Shown here one piece after another: positions 17,010-25,936 of a stretch of 50,047 bases of DNA; the first letter of the stretch is position 1; every line of letters begins with the position of its first letter. The notes under the pieces were generated by a model. That model had not been told where the DNA came from. It saw only the letters and a program-made list of their open reading frames with translations, and ran no database searches. Where the stretch lies: IMG/VR virus record IMGVR_UViG_3300032893_000070, positions 1 to 50,047 of that record, one strand, 5' to 3'. A program made the translations under genes and the position numbers. The stretch is from a virus. Its lineage: Duplodnaviria; Caudoviricetes.

Positions 17010-17212
17010 AAGAGAAGATCATCCAGCAGATAGGGTACAAGAAGAACGCCGTGCGCTTTCGGGACATATCCAAGGTGTTCAAGCCCGAGGGCTTCAACGG
17101 GCTTCTGCCTGACGAAGCCTACATCGACTCTGTGGGGATAGTGGAAAGAGGAAAAGAAGAACTGGAGTTTCAGGTCATCCGTGTCTATTTCAAGAAGGAG
17201 AAGGCGACATGA
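17006..17212 (+). CDS. Hypothetical protein
   Basis: ATGA-coupled. Confidence 0.5.
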   Translation: MKEKIIQQIGYKKNAVRFRDISKVFKPEGFNGLLPDEAYIDSVGIVERGKEELEFQVIRVYFKKEKAT

Positions 17213-17463
17213 AAATGATCTGGAAACCCGATTGGAGCAGCGCTCCTCACGACACCATCGGTGCATCCTTCAACGCCGACGGCTCGGCGTGGTGGTGGAG
17301 CGTCAAGCCCGAGATCCGTGGAAGCGAGAAGCGTCCCAACGATCTCAAGTTCAGAGGGCCAGTCTATGGAGAAGGCTACACAGACATGGACTACAGGGTT
17401 CCGAACACCATACGGGACTTCTGGAAGGATTCATGGGTGGACGCTCCTAAGAGATCCAAGTGA
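17209..17463 (+). CDS. Hypothetical protein
   Basis: 'DWSSAP...DGSAWWW..KP' Trp-rich phage pattern. Confidence 0.55.
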   Translation: MKMIWKPDWSSAPHDTIGASFNADGSAWWWSVKPEIRGSEKRPNDLKFRGPVYGEGYTDMDYRVPNTIRDFWKDSWVDAPKRSK

Positions 17464-18389
17464 CAGAGCGTTCTGCTTCCCCGGCGGGGATTCACTTTTT
17501 TAACCTGTTCCAATGTTGTCCCCGGAAGGGGTATATCCGCTTCGGCCCCCCGCGCTTGGAGCCGATGTACATTCCCACGCCGCTCCTCCAAGGCAGCGCC
17601 TTCCACGCCGGCAAGGCCGAGTTCTACAAGACCGAAAAGGAAAAGAACGCCCTCGCCCTAATCCGTTCGGAACTGAAAGAGCGAAAGGCCGAGTTCGAGT
17701 CGAGGAAAGAATACCTCTCGACGCTCGAAAGAACTCCCGCCATGCTCGCCTCGTGGATCGCCGAGTTCGGTCGGGATGATCTTCGTCACCTCTCCATCAT
17801 CGACGTGGAGCGCTCCATACGGATTCCCTTCCCCGGCCGCCCTTCCTGGCACTTCACTGCGAGGATCGACATGGTAGCCGAGGATCGTTTCTCCAACACC
17901 CTTATCTACGAGACGAAATCCACCTCGTGGTCGATCAAAGGAACCCTCATCTCCATCCAGCTCGGAGACCAAGCCACCGCGTATCTCTGGGGCGGGGGAA
18001 AACACTACAAGCGGAAGATCACCGCCGTCGTTCCCGACATCACGATGTTTTCCTCAAACGCCAACAGTCCCGCGTCGATCAAAAACTACCGGGGGGATTT
18101 CGTCTACCGCGAGCCCGAGGACTTCACCTTCTTCTCAAACGCAACGCTCCAGCAGGCGTCCGAGATCTCCCAGAAGATGAAGGCCGTCTACGCGGGCCAC
18201 GACCCGGCGATCTTTCCCCGGAATCCCTTCTACTGCTCGGCCTACGGGCGCCCCTGCGAGTTTGCCGACATCTGCCGTCAAAACCTCACCGCGAAGTCCA
18301 AGGTTCCGACCGGCTTCAGGAAACGCCCGGGCAAGTTCTCAACCCCCGAGATCTTTGAGCCCACAGAAGATCTTCTCTCAGGAGGATGA
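17460..18389 (+). CDS. PD-(D/E)XK Cas4/RecB-like exonuclease
   Basis: 'FQCCPRK', 'GSAFH', 'VE', 'ARID', 'YETKST', 'Q...Y' and C-terminal 'C....PCEF...C'. Confidence 0.85.
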   Translation: MTERSASPAGIHFFNLFQCCPRKGYIRFGPPRLEPMYIPTPLLQGSAFHAGKAEFYKTEKEKNALALIRSELKERKAEFESRKEYLSTLERTPAMLASWIAEFGRDDLRHLSIIDVERSIRIPFPGRPSWHFTARIDMVAEDRFSNTLIYETKSTSWSIKGTLISIQLGDQATAYLWGGGKHYKRKITAVVPDITMFSSNANSPASIKNYRGDFVYREPEDFTFFSNATLQQASEISQKMKAVYAGHDPAIFPRNPFYCSAYGRPCEFADICRQNLTAKSKVPTGFRKRPGKFSTPEIFEPTEDLLSGG

Positions 18390-18390
18390 C

Positions 18391-18804
18391 ATGCAGCGCT
18401 ACCAAAGCGTAGGACCAGATGATATGTTGTACCCATATCCATACAAAGAAGGTGAATGGGTTCGCTTTTCCGACGCCGAGGCCGAGATCGAGAAGGCGTG
18501 GAAGCAGGGCCAAATGGAGTGTGCCGACGAAGTATATCGCAATGGCGTTGACATCCGCGCCGACGAGCGGGAGCGCTTGAGGAAAGCAATCTTCGACGGG
18601 ATAGAACGGGAAGGACTCTCAATCACTCACTACATGGAGAACATCCTGAAGGAGGCGTTCTTCCCCAAGCCCCCCGCGCCGAAGCCGCTGGAGAAGCTGA
18701 CGATACCCGAACAGGAAAGGGGGATAACTCTCACCCATTCCTCGTTGCGTAAAATCAACGCTGCCATCGAAGCCCTGAACGAACACCTCGGGAGGAAGTC
18801 TTGA
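18391..18804 (+). CDS. Hypothetical protein
   Basis: SD GGAGG; 'GEWVRFSDA' motif. Confidence 0.55.
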   Translation: MQRYQSVGPDDMLYPYPYKEGEWVRFSDAEAEIEKAWKQGQMECADEVYRNGVDIRADERERLRKAIFDGIEREGLSITHYMENILKEAFFPKPPAPKPLEKLTIPEQERGITLTHSSLRKINAAIEALNEHLGRKS

Positions 18805-19130
18805 CCCCTACCCCGGAAGAGAACGTTCTCAAAGATGCCTTCCTTCGAGAGATGGGTTTCTCGGAAAGCGAGATCCCGAAGGTCTCATCCATACGTAACC
18901 GCGAGAAACGTCGTAGCCAGTGGGGATGGAAGTCCTATGGAGGGTCCTTTCGCTACGACGAGGAGGGAAAGATCATCGAGGATCACTCACGGCTTCCCTC
19001 CGCCGACCTCAAAGACAACGCCACGCGGCTTTCCCAAATCTCGAACCCTTTCTACTGGCGCGACTGGATCCGCTTGAACCTCGGAGACAGTGGAAAGCGC
19101 CGCGTAGCCTTCTCGAAAAGGAGCACCTGA
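18801..19130 (+). CDS. Hypothetical protein
   Basis: Coupled TTG start with SD GGAGG. Confidence 0.5.
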   Translation: MTPTPEENVLKDAFLREMGFSESEIPKVSSIRNREKRRSQWGWKSYGGSFRYDEEGKIIEDHSRLPSADLKDNATRLSQISNPFYWRDWIRLNLGDSGKRRVAFSKRST

Positions 19131-19319
19131 ATGCCTACCACATGGCTCATCGTGGTCCTCATCTTGTCCTACATTCTCGTGTACTTCGCAGGTCTTTTCT
19201 GCGGCTGGTACACGACCCTTCGACGGAATTGGTTTCTCTGGAAGACCGGCTCCCCCGAGCATGACCAGATGACTCTCATGGAGTTCCGCCGTCGAAACCT
19301 GGAGAAGTACCAAAAATGA
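19131..19319 (+). CDS. Small membrane protein
   Basis: N-terminal TM segment. Confidence 0.5.
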   Translation: MPTTWLIVVLILSYILVYFAGLFCGWYTTLRRNWFLWKTGSPEHDQMTLMEFRRRNLEKYQK

Positions 19320-19504
19320 GCATCCACGACGGCCCCCAGACGCGCCAGCTCAAATGGCTTCGCCTCCAGGCCTTTTGGAGGAAAGCCCGCGATGTCCTTT
19401 TCGCCATCGCACTCCTCATCGGGATCATCCTGATCCTGCCGGTGACCCTTCCGATCGCTCTCCTCAAACCCTACAAAGGAGATGACTTCGATGGATATTG
19501 TTGA
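19316..19504 (+). CDS. Small membrane protein
   Basis: Single long hydrophobic segment. Confidence 0.5.
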   Translation: MSIHDGPQTRQLKWLRLQAFWRKARDVLFAIALLIGIILILPVTLPIALLKPYKGDDFDGYC

Positions 19505-20135
19505 GTATCTCAAAAAGAAAGCCCTCGATATCCCCTCACAGTTTGTCGGCGGGTCGTGGTCTCGGAGGCTTGGAGAGATCCGCGAGAAGATCGCCAAGGG
19601 CGACTTCGATTACCTTTCTTGGGACTTCACCAAGAAATATCTCCTCGTCACCGCCACCGAGGAGGTGATGCGGCGGCAGCTTTCCCTCTACGGTGACCAG
19701 TATTTCAACAACGTCTACGAGTTCGGTGCAGGTCTCCTTACCCGCCGCTCCTGGGTTCGCCACATGAACTACACCGTCTACGACCTCCCCGAGATGACCC
19801 TCCTTCAGCGCTACATCTCCCAGACGGTGAACATCACCTCGGACCTCTCGACGTTCCTCTCTTTCCTTCGGGACAATTCCTTCGGCCCCACGGCGTTCTT
19901 CGCCACATGGAGCCTCTCGGAGTGCCCCATCTCCATCCGAGACATCGTGCTTGAAACCGTGGCCGAGTGCTGTGATACGATCTTCCTCGCCTACCAGCCG
20001 GTGTTCGATTTCATCGACAACGAGGCGTACTTTTCGACTTTAACGTTCAAGCACAAGGAGTTCCAGTGGACATGGTACGAGGCCAAGCCCCTTGACGGCT
20101 CGTATCTCATAGGAAGGAGAAACCGATGGACGTAG
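19482..20135 (+). CDS. Putative sugar O-methyltransferase (class I SAM-dependent)
   Basis: 'VYEFGAG', 'YTVYDLPEM..LQRY' and 'FATWSLSECP...R' are characteristic of the putative sugar O-methyltransferase family. Confidence 0.75.
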   Translation: MTSMDIVEYLKKKALDIPSQFVGGSWSRRLGEIREKIAKGDFDYLSWDFTKKYLLVTATEEVMRRQLSLYGDQYFNNVYEFGAGLLTRRSWVRHMNYTVYDLPEMTLLQRYISQTVNITSDLSTFLSFLRDNSFGPTAFFATWSLSECPISIRDIVLETVAECCDTIFLAYQPVFDFIDNEAYFSTLTFKHKEFQWTWYEAKPLDGSYLIGRRNRWT

Positions 20136-20902
20136 AGAACTTCAAGGACCGCGTGACCCTCATCATGACGACATTCAACAACATCGACTTTACCCGAAGC
20201 GCCCTGTGGGCTTTCAAGCGTTTCTACCCCGAGGTCCGGGTGGTCTTTGCCGACGGTGGGAGCGACTTCGAAGATCTTGAAGACTTGAGAAACCTTGTCG
20301 GAGAAGTTGTCGTAGCGTACGAGAAGACATCCGAGGAGTGCTGCAACGTCGCTTCGGCTCTCGTGGACACTCCCTACATCCTTTTCATGGACAACGACTG
20401 CAAGGTGATCGGTCCCACGGCCCTTCCCCTCCTCGTCCGCGAACTCGAAGAGGACGCAGGGGTGGCGTGCACAGGTGCCTACGCGGTGAAGGTAGTGGAC
20501 TGGACCCGTCACGTCGCCTACACGGGAACCGTCTTCACCGACCACATGCGGGTGGATGCAACGGCTCGGTACTTCCAGCTCCACCGTACCGAGATGTTCC
20601 GCCGGGTGGGGATGTTCCCCACCGACGAGTGGTTCTACCGTGACCAAGGAGAGGTCTTCGACCCGAAGGCCTATCCCCAAGGGTGCCAGGGAGACATGGT
20701 GATCTCTCGTCGCTACGAGGCCAAGGGCTGGTGGACCATCACCCCGAGATCGACGGTCCCGGTGATACATTGGGGCGCGGCGAAGGTGACGGCACAGGAC
20801 GGAGACCGTCAGCGAGAACCCGAACGCTGGTACGCCGCCCATACCAATCACACACGGCTTGATCCCAAGCCTCTGAATGAATGGGAGAAGCACCTTGGCT
20901 AA
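20126..20902 (+). CDS. Glycosyltransferase family 2
   Basis: 'VTLIMTTFN', 'VFADGGS' and 'YILFMDNDC' (DxD motif). Confidence 0.85.
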   Translation: MDVENFKDRVTLIMTTFNNIDFTRSALWAFKRFYPEVRVVFADGGSDFEDLEDLRNLVGEVVVAYEKTSEECCNVASALVDTPYILFMDNDCKVIGPTALPLLVRELEEDAGVACTGAYAVKVVDWTRHVAYTGTVFTDHMRVDATARYFQLHRTEMFRRVGMFPTDEWFYRDQGEVFDPKAYPQGCQGDMVISRRYEAKGWWTITPRSTVPVIHWGAAKVTAQDGDRQREPERWYAAHTNHTRLDPKPLNEWEKHLG

Positions 20903-21707
20903 AACCACCGCGAAGAAGAAGTACTCTCAGGGACTCTCGGACATCGCCTCGGCCTACGTCCGTGGTCTCTCGGTGGGATACTCGAAGGTCGGGAAGACCC
21001 ATTTTGCCCTGACCTTCCCGAACCCGGTCATCGCGAACGCCGACGCGGGCCTTGCCACTGACATCCCGGTGAACTGCAAGACCGACCCTTGCGTGTTTCC
21101 CTTCGTCCGCTGGACCGAGGACGTGGGAGAGAACGAGCTGTGGTCTTGGCGGGATCTTCACCAGCTTGTCCTGGAGCTGAAGTACCGAAAGGGAAACCTC
21201 TGGGACGAGGTGAAGTCCTACGGATACGAGCCCGAGACCCTCATCATCGACTCGGGCACGACGTTCTGCGACATCTTCGCCCACGAGATCACCGTGGACA
21301 AGGCCCACACGGACAAGAGCGGAACCCACATGGAGACCCTCCAGCTCCAGGACTACAACCTCGTCATGCAGAGGTTCTTCAACATTCTCGACGCCGTGAA
21401 GACCCTCCCTATGCACGTCTGGATGACCGCAGAACTCGCCGACAAGCAGGATGACATGCAAAGGAGATACCAGCAGCCGGCGATGACCGGGCAGGCCCTC
21501 GGGAACCGACTCCCGCATTTCTTCGACGAGATCTACTACCACTACACCGAGGTGGACAAGGAGGGCGGGATGAAGTTCTACCTCACCCCCCTCCAGTCCC
21601 GGGGGATCGAGTTCACCGGGTCCCGCAAGGGCATTCCCCTCGATGTCCACGAGAATCCGTCGTTCAAGAAGTTCGAGAAGTACTACGTGAAGAAAGGGAA
21701 AGCGTGA
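20895..21707 (+). CDS. AAA_24 / Sak4-like P-loop recombination protein
   Basis: Walker A 'GYSKVGKT', 'TLIIDSGT', 'LQ..DY' and 'FDEIYY'. Confidence 0.8.
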   Translation: MAKTTAKKKYSQGLSDIASAYVRGLSVGYSKVGKTHFALTFPNPVIANADAGLATDIPVNCKTDPCVFPFVRWTEDVGENELWSWRDLHQLVLELKYRKGNLWDEVKSYGYEPETLIIDSGTTFCDIFAHEITVDKAHTDKSGTHMETLQLQDYNLVMQRFFNILDAVKTLPMHVWMTAELADKQDDMQRRYQQPAMTGQALGNRLPHFFDEIYYHYTEVDKEGGMKFYLTPLQSRGIEFTGSRKGIPLDVHENPSFKKFEKYYVKKGKA

Positions 21708-22012
21708 AGCGCGAACCGTGGCTCAACTTCACTCTCATGGCCGCATCCGTCAACCCTGACCTCACCATGGCCGCCACGATGTGCCTGTGGAACCGCGCAC
21801 AGGAGTGCATGGCATGCGGCCCTTGGATGGAGTACCATGAGGACTTGGAAATGGAACCCGATTGGTACCTCTGTCACATCGTAAACATGGCAAAGACTCC
21901 AGGGAATCCGTGGACCGACGGCTTCGAGGTGCTCCACCTTCCGCCCCGGGACTACCACTACGCCCCCGCCATTCGGATCGCCCATTACGCGCAGATACGG
22001 AGGCCCGAATGA
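21704..22012 (+). CDS. Hypothetical protein
   Basis: GTGA-coupled. Confidence 0.5.
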   Translation: MKREPWLNFTLMAASVNPDLTMAATMCLWNRAQECMACGPWMEYHEDLEMEPDWYLCHIVNMAKTPGNPWTDGFEVLHLPPRDYHYAPAIRIAHYAQIRRPE

Positions 22013-22239
22013 AGTTCCTCAACATCATCGAGGTCAGGGACGAAGGAAATGGCGCGGGAAAGGCAAGCTTCTGCGAGCAGGTGGGGTACTTCATCTCCCA
22101 CCACGAGGTGGTTGAAATGAAGTTCCAGCGAAATGTTTTCTACTCTCTGGCCGGAAGCGATGAGACCGAGGGAGCCGAGAAGATCAAGCGGCTCGTCCAG
22201 GAGTACGTGGCCTTTATGGTTTACGAGGTGACGCCATGA
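22009..22239 (+). CDS. Hypothetical protein
   Basis: SD GGAGG; ATGA-coupled. Confidence 0.5.
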   Translation: MKFLNIIEVRDEGNGAGKASFCEQVGYFISHHEVVEMKFQRNVFYSLAGSDETEGAEKIKRLVQEYVAFMVYEVTP

Positions 22240-22520
22240 GCCTTCTTTCTAAGACCAGAGACGAGGTTGCCAAAGCTCGCGATCTCTTTGCCATGGCCGA
22301 TCTCTCCTACTGCGACGAGGCCTTCAGGACCGAGGTGAAGGGTCGGGTGGATGGATTCGACCTTGCCTTGGAGATTCTCGACAAGACCATCGCAGTGAAT
22401 GAGGCGAGATTCGTGAGACCCCTCGGCCAGCTCAACGGGGCGCAGATCCCCAATGTCGTTCACTACAAGATCGACGAGATCATCGAAACCCTCAACTATC
22501 TCCTCGGGAAGGAAGGATAA
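22236..22520 (+). CDS. Hypothetical protein
   Basis: ATGA-coupled; C-terminal 'KIDEIIETLN' motif. Confidence 0.55.
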   Translation: MSLLSKTRDEVAKARDLFAMADLSYCDEAFRTEVKGRVDGFDLALEILDKTIAVNEARFVRPLGQLNGAQIPNVVHYKIDEIIETLNYLLGKEG

Positions 22521-22521
22521 C

Positions 22522-22848
22522 ATGGCCTTCATCGAGTTCTTCCAGTTTCTCGGGTTCCACGCGCCCGCACTCGGTGCCTTTCTCCTCACCCTCCTCGTGG
22601 TCGCGGGGATCCTGTGGCTTTCCTACCACCTCGGGAAACGAGAGGCCAACCGCCGCTGGACCTGGGACGTCGAACACATGCCCAACGTCATCGGGCAGGA
22701 CATACGAGAGCGTTACCAGAGGAAGATCGCAGAGCTTTCCAAGGCCGTCGAGATGTACAAGGAGCGCGAGCAACGCCTGGGACCGGCCGTGGCGGGAGCC
22801 ACCGAGCTTCTCGCGAGAGTCAATCCTTCTATCGGATCGAAGCTTTAG
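22522..22848 (+). CDS. Membrane-anchored coiled-coil protein
   Basis: TM segment followed by a coiled coil. Confidence 0.55.
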   Translation: MAFIEFFQFLGFHAPALGAFLLTLLVVAGILWLSYHLGKREANRRWTWDVEHMPNVIGQDIRERYQRKIAELSKAVEMYKEREQRLGPAVAGATELLARVNPSIGSKL

Positions 22849-22858
22849 GAGGCAAACC

Positions 22859-23221
22859 ATGACCGCAAGTGAGCACAGGGCCCGGTGTGAGGCGCTTAGG
22901 GGCGGGGTGACCGAGAGTGAGCAGGCCATCCTCGCCGACCTTGAAGCCTGCGAGAAGGAACGGGACGACGCAATAGAACGCGCTGAGTTTGCAGAGCGTG
23001 CCAAGTTTGGAACGCCATGTAAGTGCCAATCGTGGATAGACACTTGTGGAAAGGCCGAGGACCGTGCCGAACGCGCCGAGGCGCTGCTCCGGGAGGCACG
23101 GGACCTGATCTGTAATGCTGGGCCTCTTGCATGGATAGCGAACACGGATGAAGACGGAGCGAAGGTGTGGGAGATTAAAGCAGTCGCCCTGCTCGCCCGC
23201 ATAGGAGAGGTAGTGAAATGA
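22859..23221 (+). CDS. Hypothetical protein (Ea22-like coiled coil)
   Basis: SD AGGAGG; 'RAERAEA' coiled-coil repeats. Confidence 0.5.
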   Translation: MTASEHRARCEALRGGVTESEQAILADLEACEKERDDAIERAEFAERAKFGTPCKCQSWIDTCGKAEDRAERAEALLREARDLICNAGPLAWIANTDEDGAKVWEIKAVALLARIGEVVK

Positions 23222-23541
23222 GCCAGACGGATGAACTGAGGCAGGCGCTGGAGGAGTTGAACACGTCCGAGACCAACATGGCGTTTCGGTCGGGTTTCTA
23301 CACCGCAAAAAGGGAGGCGCTGGACGCAATAGCTTCCCACCCGCCCGAGCCTGCCGAGGGGACGTGGCTTAGGGAATATGCTGAGCACAAGCCGGGGTGC
23401 GCCAAGTACATCAACTGGACTGAGACGAACTGTGCCCCCCGACATTCGGTGGTGCAATTCGAGTATGACGACAATCAGCAATGCTCGTGCGGCCTCGACG
23501 CAGTCCTCCGCGCCCAGCCGCCAAAGGAGACGAAGGGATGA
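23218..23541 (+). CDS. Hypothetical protein
   Basis: 'H.PGC...CSCGLD' motif. Confidence 0.55.
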   Translation: MSQTDELRQALEELNTSETNMAFRSGFYTAKREALDAIASHPPEPAEGTWLREYAEHKPGCAKYINWTETNCAPRHSVVQFEYDDNQQCSCGLDAVLRAQPPKETKG

Positions 23542-23690
23542 GCATTTGTCAGAACTGCGGATGCACCAAGCCGTGCGCTTGCGACAACTACACGCCGAGC
23601 CACCAGAGCACCTGTGTCCGTTGCGGCTGCACAAAGCCTTGCGGATGCGACCAGTACACGAGACGGGACGACGAGCGGAGGAAGCCATGA
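23538..23690 (+). CDS. Metallothionein-like Cys-rich peptide (50 aa, 10 Cys)
   Basis: Two copies of CxxCGCTKPCxCDxYT; ATGA-coupled on both sides. Confidence 0.65.
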   Translation: MSICQNCGCTKPCACDNYTPSHQSTCVRCGCTKPCGCDQYTRRDDERRKP

Positions 23691-24439
23691 GTCAGAAAGA
23701 GCGTGATGCGTTTGTGGCGTTTGTGCAAAGCGATCCGTGCTTCGATGAGTTGCAGGCATTCTGCATGCGGACCGACGCCGAGAAGTACGGACGGCTTTCG
23801 CCCGTTCGCTTCGCGGAGATCATCGTCGATCTGTTGAAGAGCAGGGCAGAGGCGGTAGCACTCCGCCGCTACCCCGACGAGACGCCCGATTCGGCATGGC
23901 TCGTGGAGTTGTCGCTCCCTGTAGATCACGCATGGTGGGATGGAGCGGGATTCACGATCGATGCTTGGAAAGCACGTCGCTTTGCTACTCGGGAAGAGGC
24001 GGTACAGGCGGCTCGATCTTTCCACCGTGCTCACGCAACCGAGCATGTTTTCCTCAAACCCGACGAGACGCCCGATGAGGATGAGTTCGGCCCCGTAACG
24101 GAGGCGGAGCTTGATGCGGCGCGTGGTCCTATCTACGGAATGGATAGGATGACCGCCGGAGACATCCTGCGCGAGACGCCAGCCCCCGCCGGGCCGATTG
24201 GAGTCGCTCCCTGCACCTGCATAAGGAATGTTCACTGCTCCGTTCATGGCGAGGAGAAGCCCGCCCCTCCCGAGGCAGCGAGGCGGTGCACGCGTTGCGG
24301 CGAAGTGGTCAAGGCGACTGACCTCAGCAAGCAGGGAGGGAAGTGGTACCACCCGGGCCACCAAAAGGCGAAGGGTGAACGGTGGATCTTGTGGTGCGGC
24401 CCCGTCATGGAGGACCCAAGCGCAGGAGGCGGGAAGTGA
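23687..24439 (+). CDS. Mosaic hypothetical protein
   Basis: Start MSQKERD; modules separated by PDETPD; C-terminal Cys motifs. Confidence 0.55.
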   Translation: MSQKERDAFVAFVQSDPCFDELQAFCMRTDAEKYGRLSPVRFAEIIVDLLKSRAEAVALRRYPDETPDSAWLVELSLPVDHAWWDGAGFTIDAWKARRFATREEAVQAARSFHRAHATEHVFLKPDETPDEDEFGPVTEAELDAARGPIYGMDRMTAGDILRETPAPAGPIGVAPCTCIRNVHCSVHGEEKPAPPEAARRCTRCGEVVKATDLSKQGGKWYHPGHQKAKGERWILWCGPVMEDPSAGGGK

Positions 24440-24548
24440 GTGACCTCCTTCTTTCTATAGTCCTCGCTGCCATAGTCTACGTGATCCTCATGGCAACTGC
24501 GTGGGTGGCATGGATGTGCTTGAAGTCGGACTACCCGGAGGGGCATGA

Positions 24549-24749
24549 ATGATCGCGAAGTGCAGGGCCTGCGGGTGGGAGTGGGAACTTCTCTACGCCC
24601 ACGTGATTGCGCGATGTAACGGCCGTCGGGTATGTCAGTGCCCGAAGTGCGGCAAACAAGGATGGGTGGATGGAGCCTCGTGTCAGGAAGAAGAGAAGGC
24701 TTTGCCTGAAGTGCCGAAAGCCCCTGTCCTATACCCTTCCGTGGGTTGA
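24549..24749 (+). CDS. Zinc-ribbon protein
   Basis: CRACG...CPKCG motif. Confidence 0.55.
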   Translation: MIAKCRACGWEWELLYAHVIARCNGRRVCQCPKCGKQGWVDGASCQEEEKALPEVPKAPVLYPSVG

Positions 24750-25143
24750 AAGCATGGGAGTGGCGATGCACACGGGGTGTCTCTTTCACGACGATTTCCC
24801 TTCCCACCGTGAGGGCTTTGTGTGCTACACTTCCCTCGGATCGGCACTTGTGTCCGGCGAACCGGTGCCTTCCCTGGGCCTTTCGCATGCAACCTCCTCC
24901 GAAGGATCTTCTTCAGAAGCTTGGGAGCCCTCGCCGGAAGGGCTCCCTTTTCATTTCAAGGAAAGGAGGTGAGGCCAACTGACATGTCTTGAATGTGGAG
25001 GAGTGCATCGTCGCGGGGAACCGCACGAAGAACACCCTCTACAGAGACTTCCGGAGTGAGCGCGCCGGGGAACAGAAAGACGCTCTTCGATTGAGACCTA
25101 CCAAACTGGGAGTGATGCTGTTGGAAGCGATGAGGAGTTTTTC

Positions 25144-25710
25144 ATGAAGGTAAAGGTTCCAGGGGCCGAGAGTTCCACGGGAGTGAAGCCGCTTGACTTC
25201 ACCCTTCCCAAGGGCGACTACGTGCTGGAGCTGGGCGCGGCGTCCATCAAGGAGTGGGGAAAGTCCCCGGGGCAGAGCCACAACTTCCCCGGCGTGGTGA
25301 TCGACGGCCCCGAGTTCACCGAAGGACCGAACAAGGGCAAGAGCACGCAGGGTCGGAAGTACACCCACCGGATCTCCGAGATGTTCCCCGAGCACGAAAG
25401 CTTCTCCGAGGCATCGAAGCAGCGAACGGCCGACGAGATCGCCGACATCTGCAAGGCCGCAGGCGTGGAGTACGATCCCGAGGAGGGCTACGAGACGGAG
25501 GACTTCGCGGGAAAGCGCATCCGCGTTCGCCTGGGCATCCGCCAGGGCAAGGACGAGGCAGGAGAACCGCGCCCCGAGAACGTGGTCCAGCAGCAGCGCG
25601 ACGAAGATGGCCACGTCCACCTGTTTCTCTCCGACGACGGAAAGCCCATCGGGGGGTCCTCGAAGGCTCCCTCCAAGAAGGCCTCTTCCTCCTCCTCGCG
25701 CCGCAGGTAG
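25144..25710 (+). CDS. DUF669-like single-stranded DNA-binding protein
   Basis: 'LPKGDY' and 'GKRIRVRLG' OB-fold pattern; co-occurs with AAA_24 and the exonuclease. Confidence 0.65.
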   Translation: MKVKVPGAESSTGVKPLDFTLPKGDYVLELGAASIKEWGKSPGQSHNFPGVVIDGPEFTEGPNKGKSTQGRKYTHRISEMFPEHESFSEASKQRTADEIADICKAAGVEYDPEEGYETEDFAGKRIRVRLGIRQGKDEAGEPRPENVVQQQRDEDGHVHLFLSDDGKPIGGSSKAPSKKASSSSSRRR

Positions 25711-25716
25711 ACCGTC

Positions 25717-25935
25717 ATGGTAACCTTCAAGAAAGGGGACAAGGTGGCGTGGAAGGCAGGAGGTCGCGGGGGAAGTCACTCGGTCGAAGGAACGATCGTG
25801 GCCGTGGTGGCACCCGGGGCGCTTCCGAAACTTGCCGTATCTGGAACGACGCGCCCCCACAAGAGCTTCATCGTCGAGGACGCGAACAAGAGGCTCTACT
25901 GGCCCCGCGTGACAAGTCTGGTGAAGGTGGCCTGA
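25717..25935 (+). CDS. Small SH3/KOW-like protein
   Basis: 'FKKGDKVAW...G.IVAVV...LYWPR' pattern. Confidence 0.6.
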   Translation: MVTFKKGDKVAWKAGGRGGSHSVEGTIVAVVAPGALPKLAVSGTTRPHKSFIVEDANKRLYWPRVTSLVKVA

Positions 25936-25936
25936 C

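Noticed and set aside
17460-18389. CRISPR-Cas system (Cas4-like gene)
   Set aside because: I saw no repeat-spacer array or other cas genes. The context (AAA_24, SSB) indicates a recombination exonuclease.
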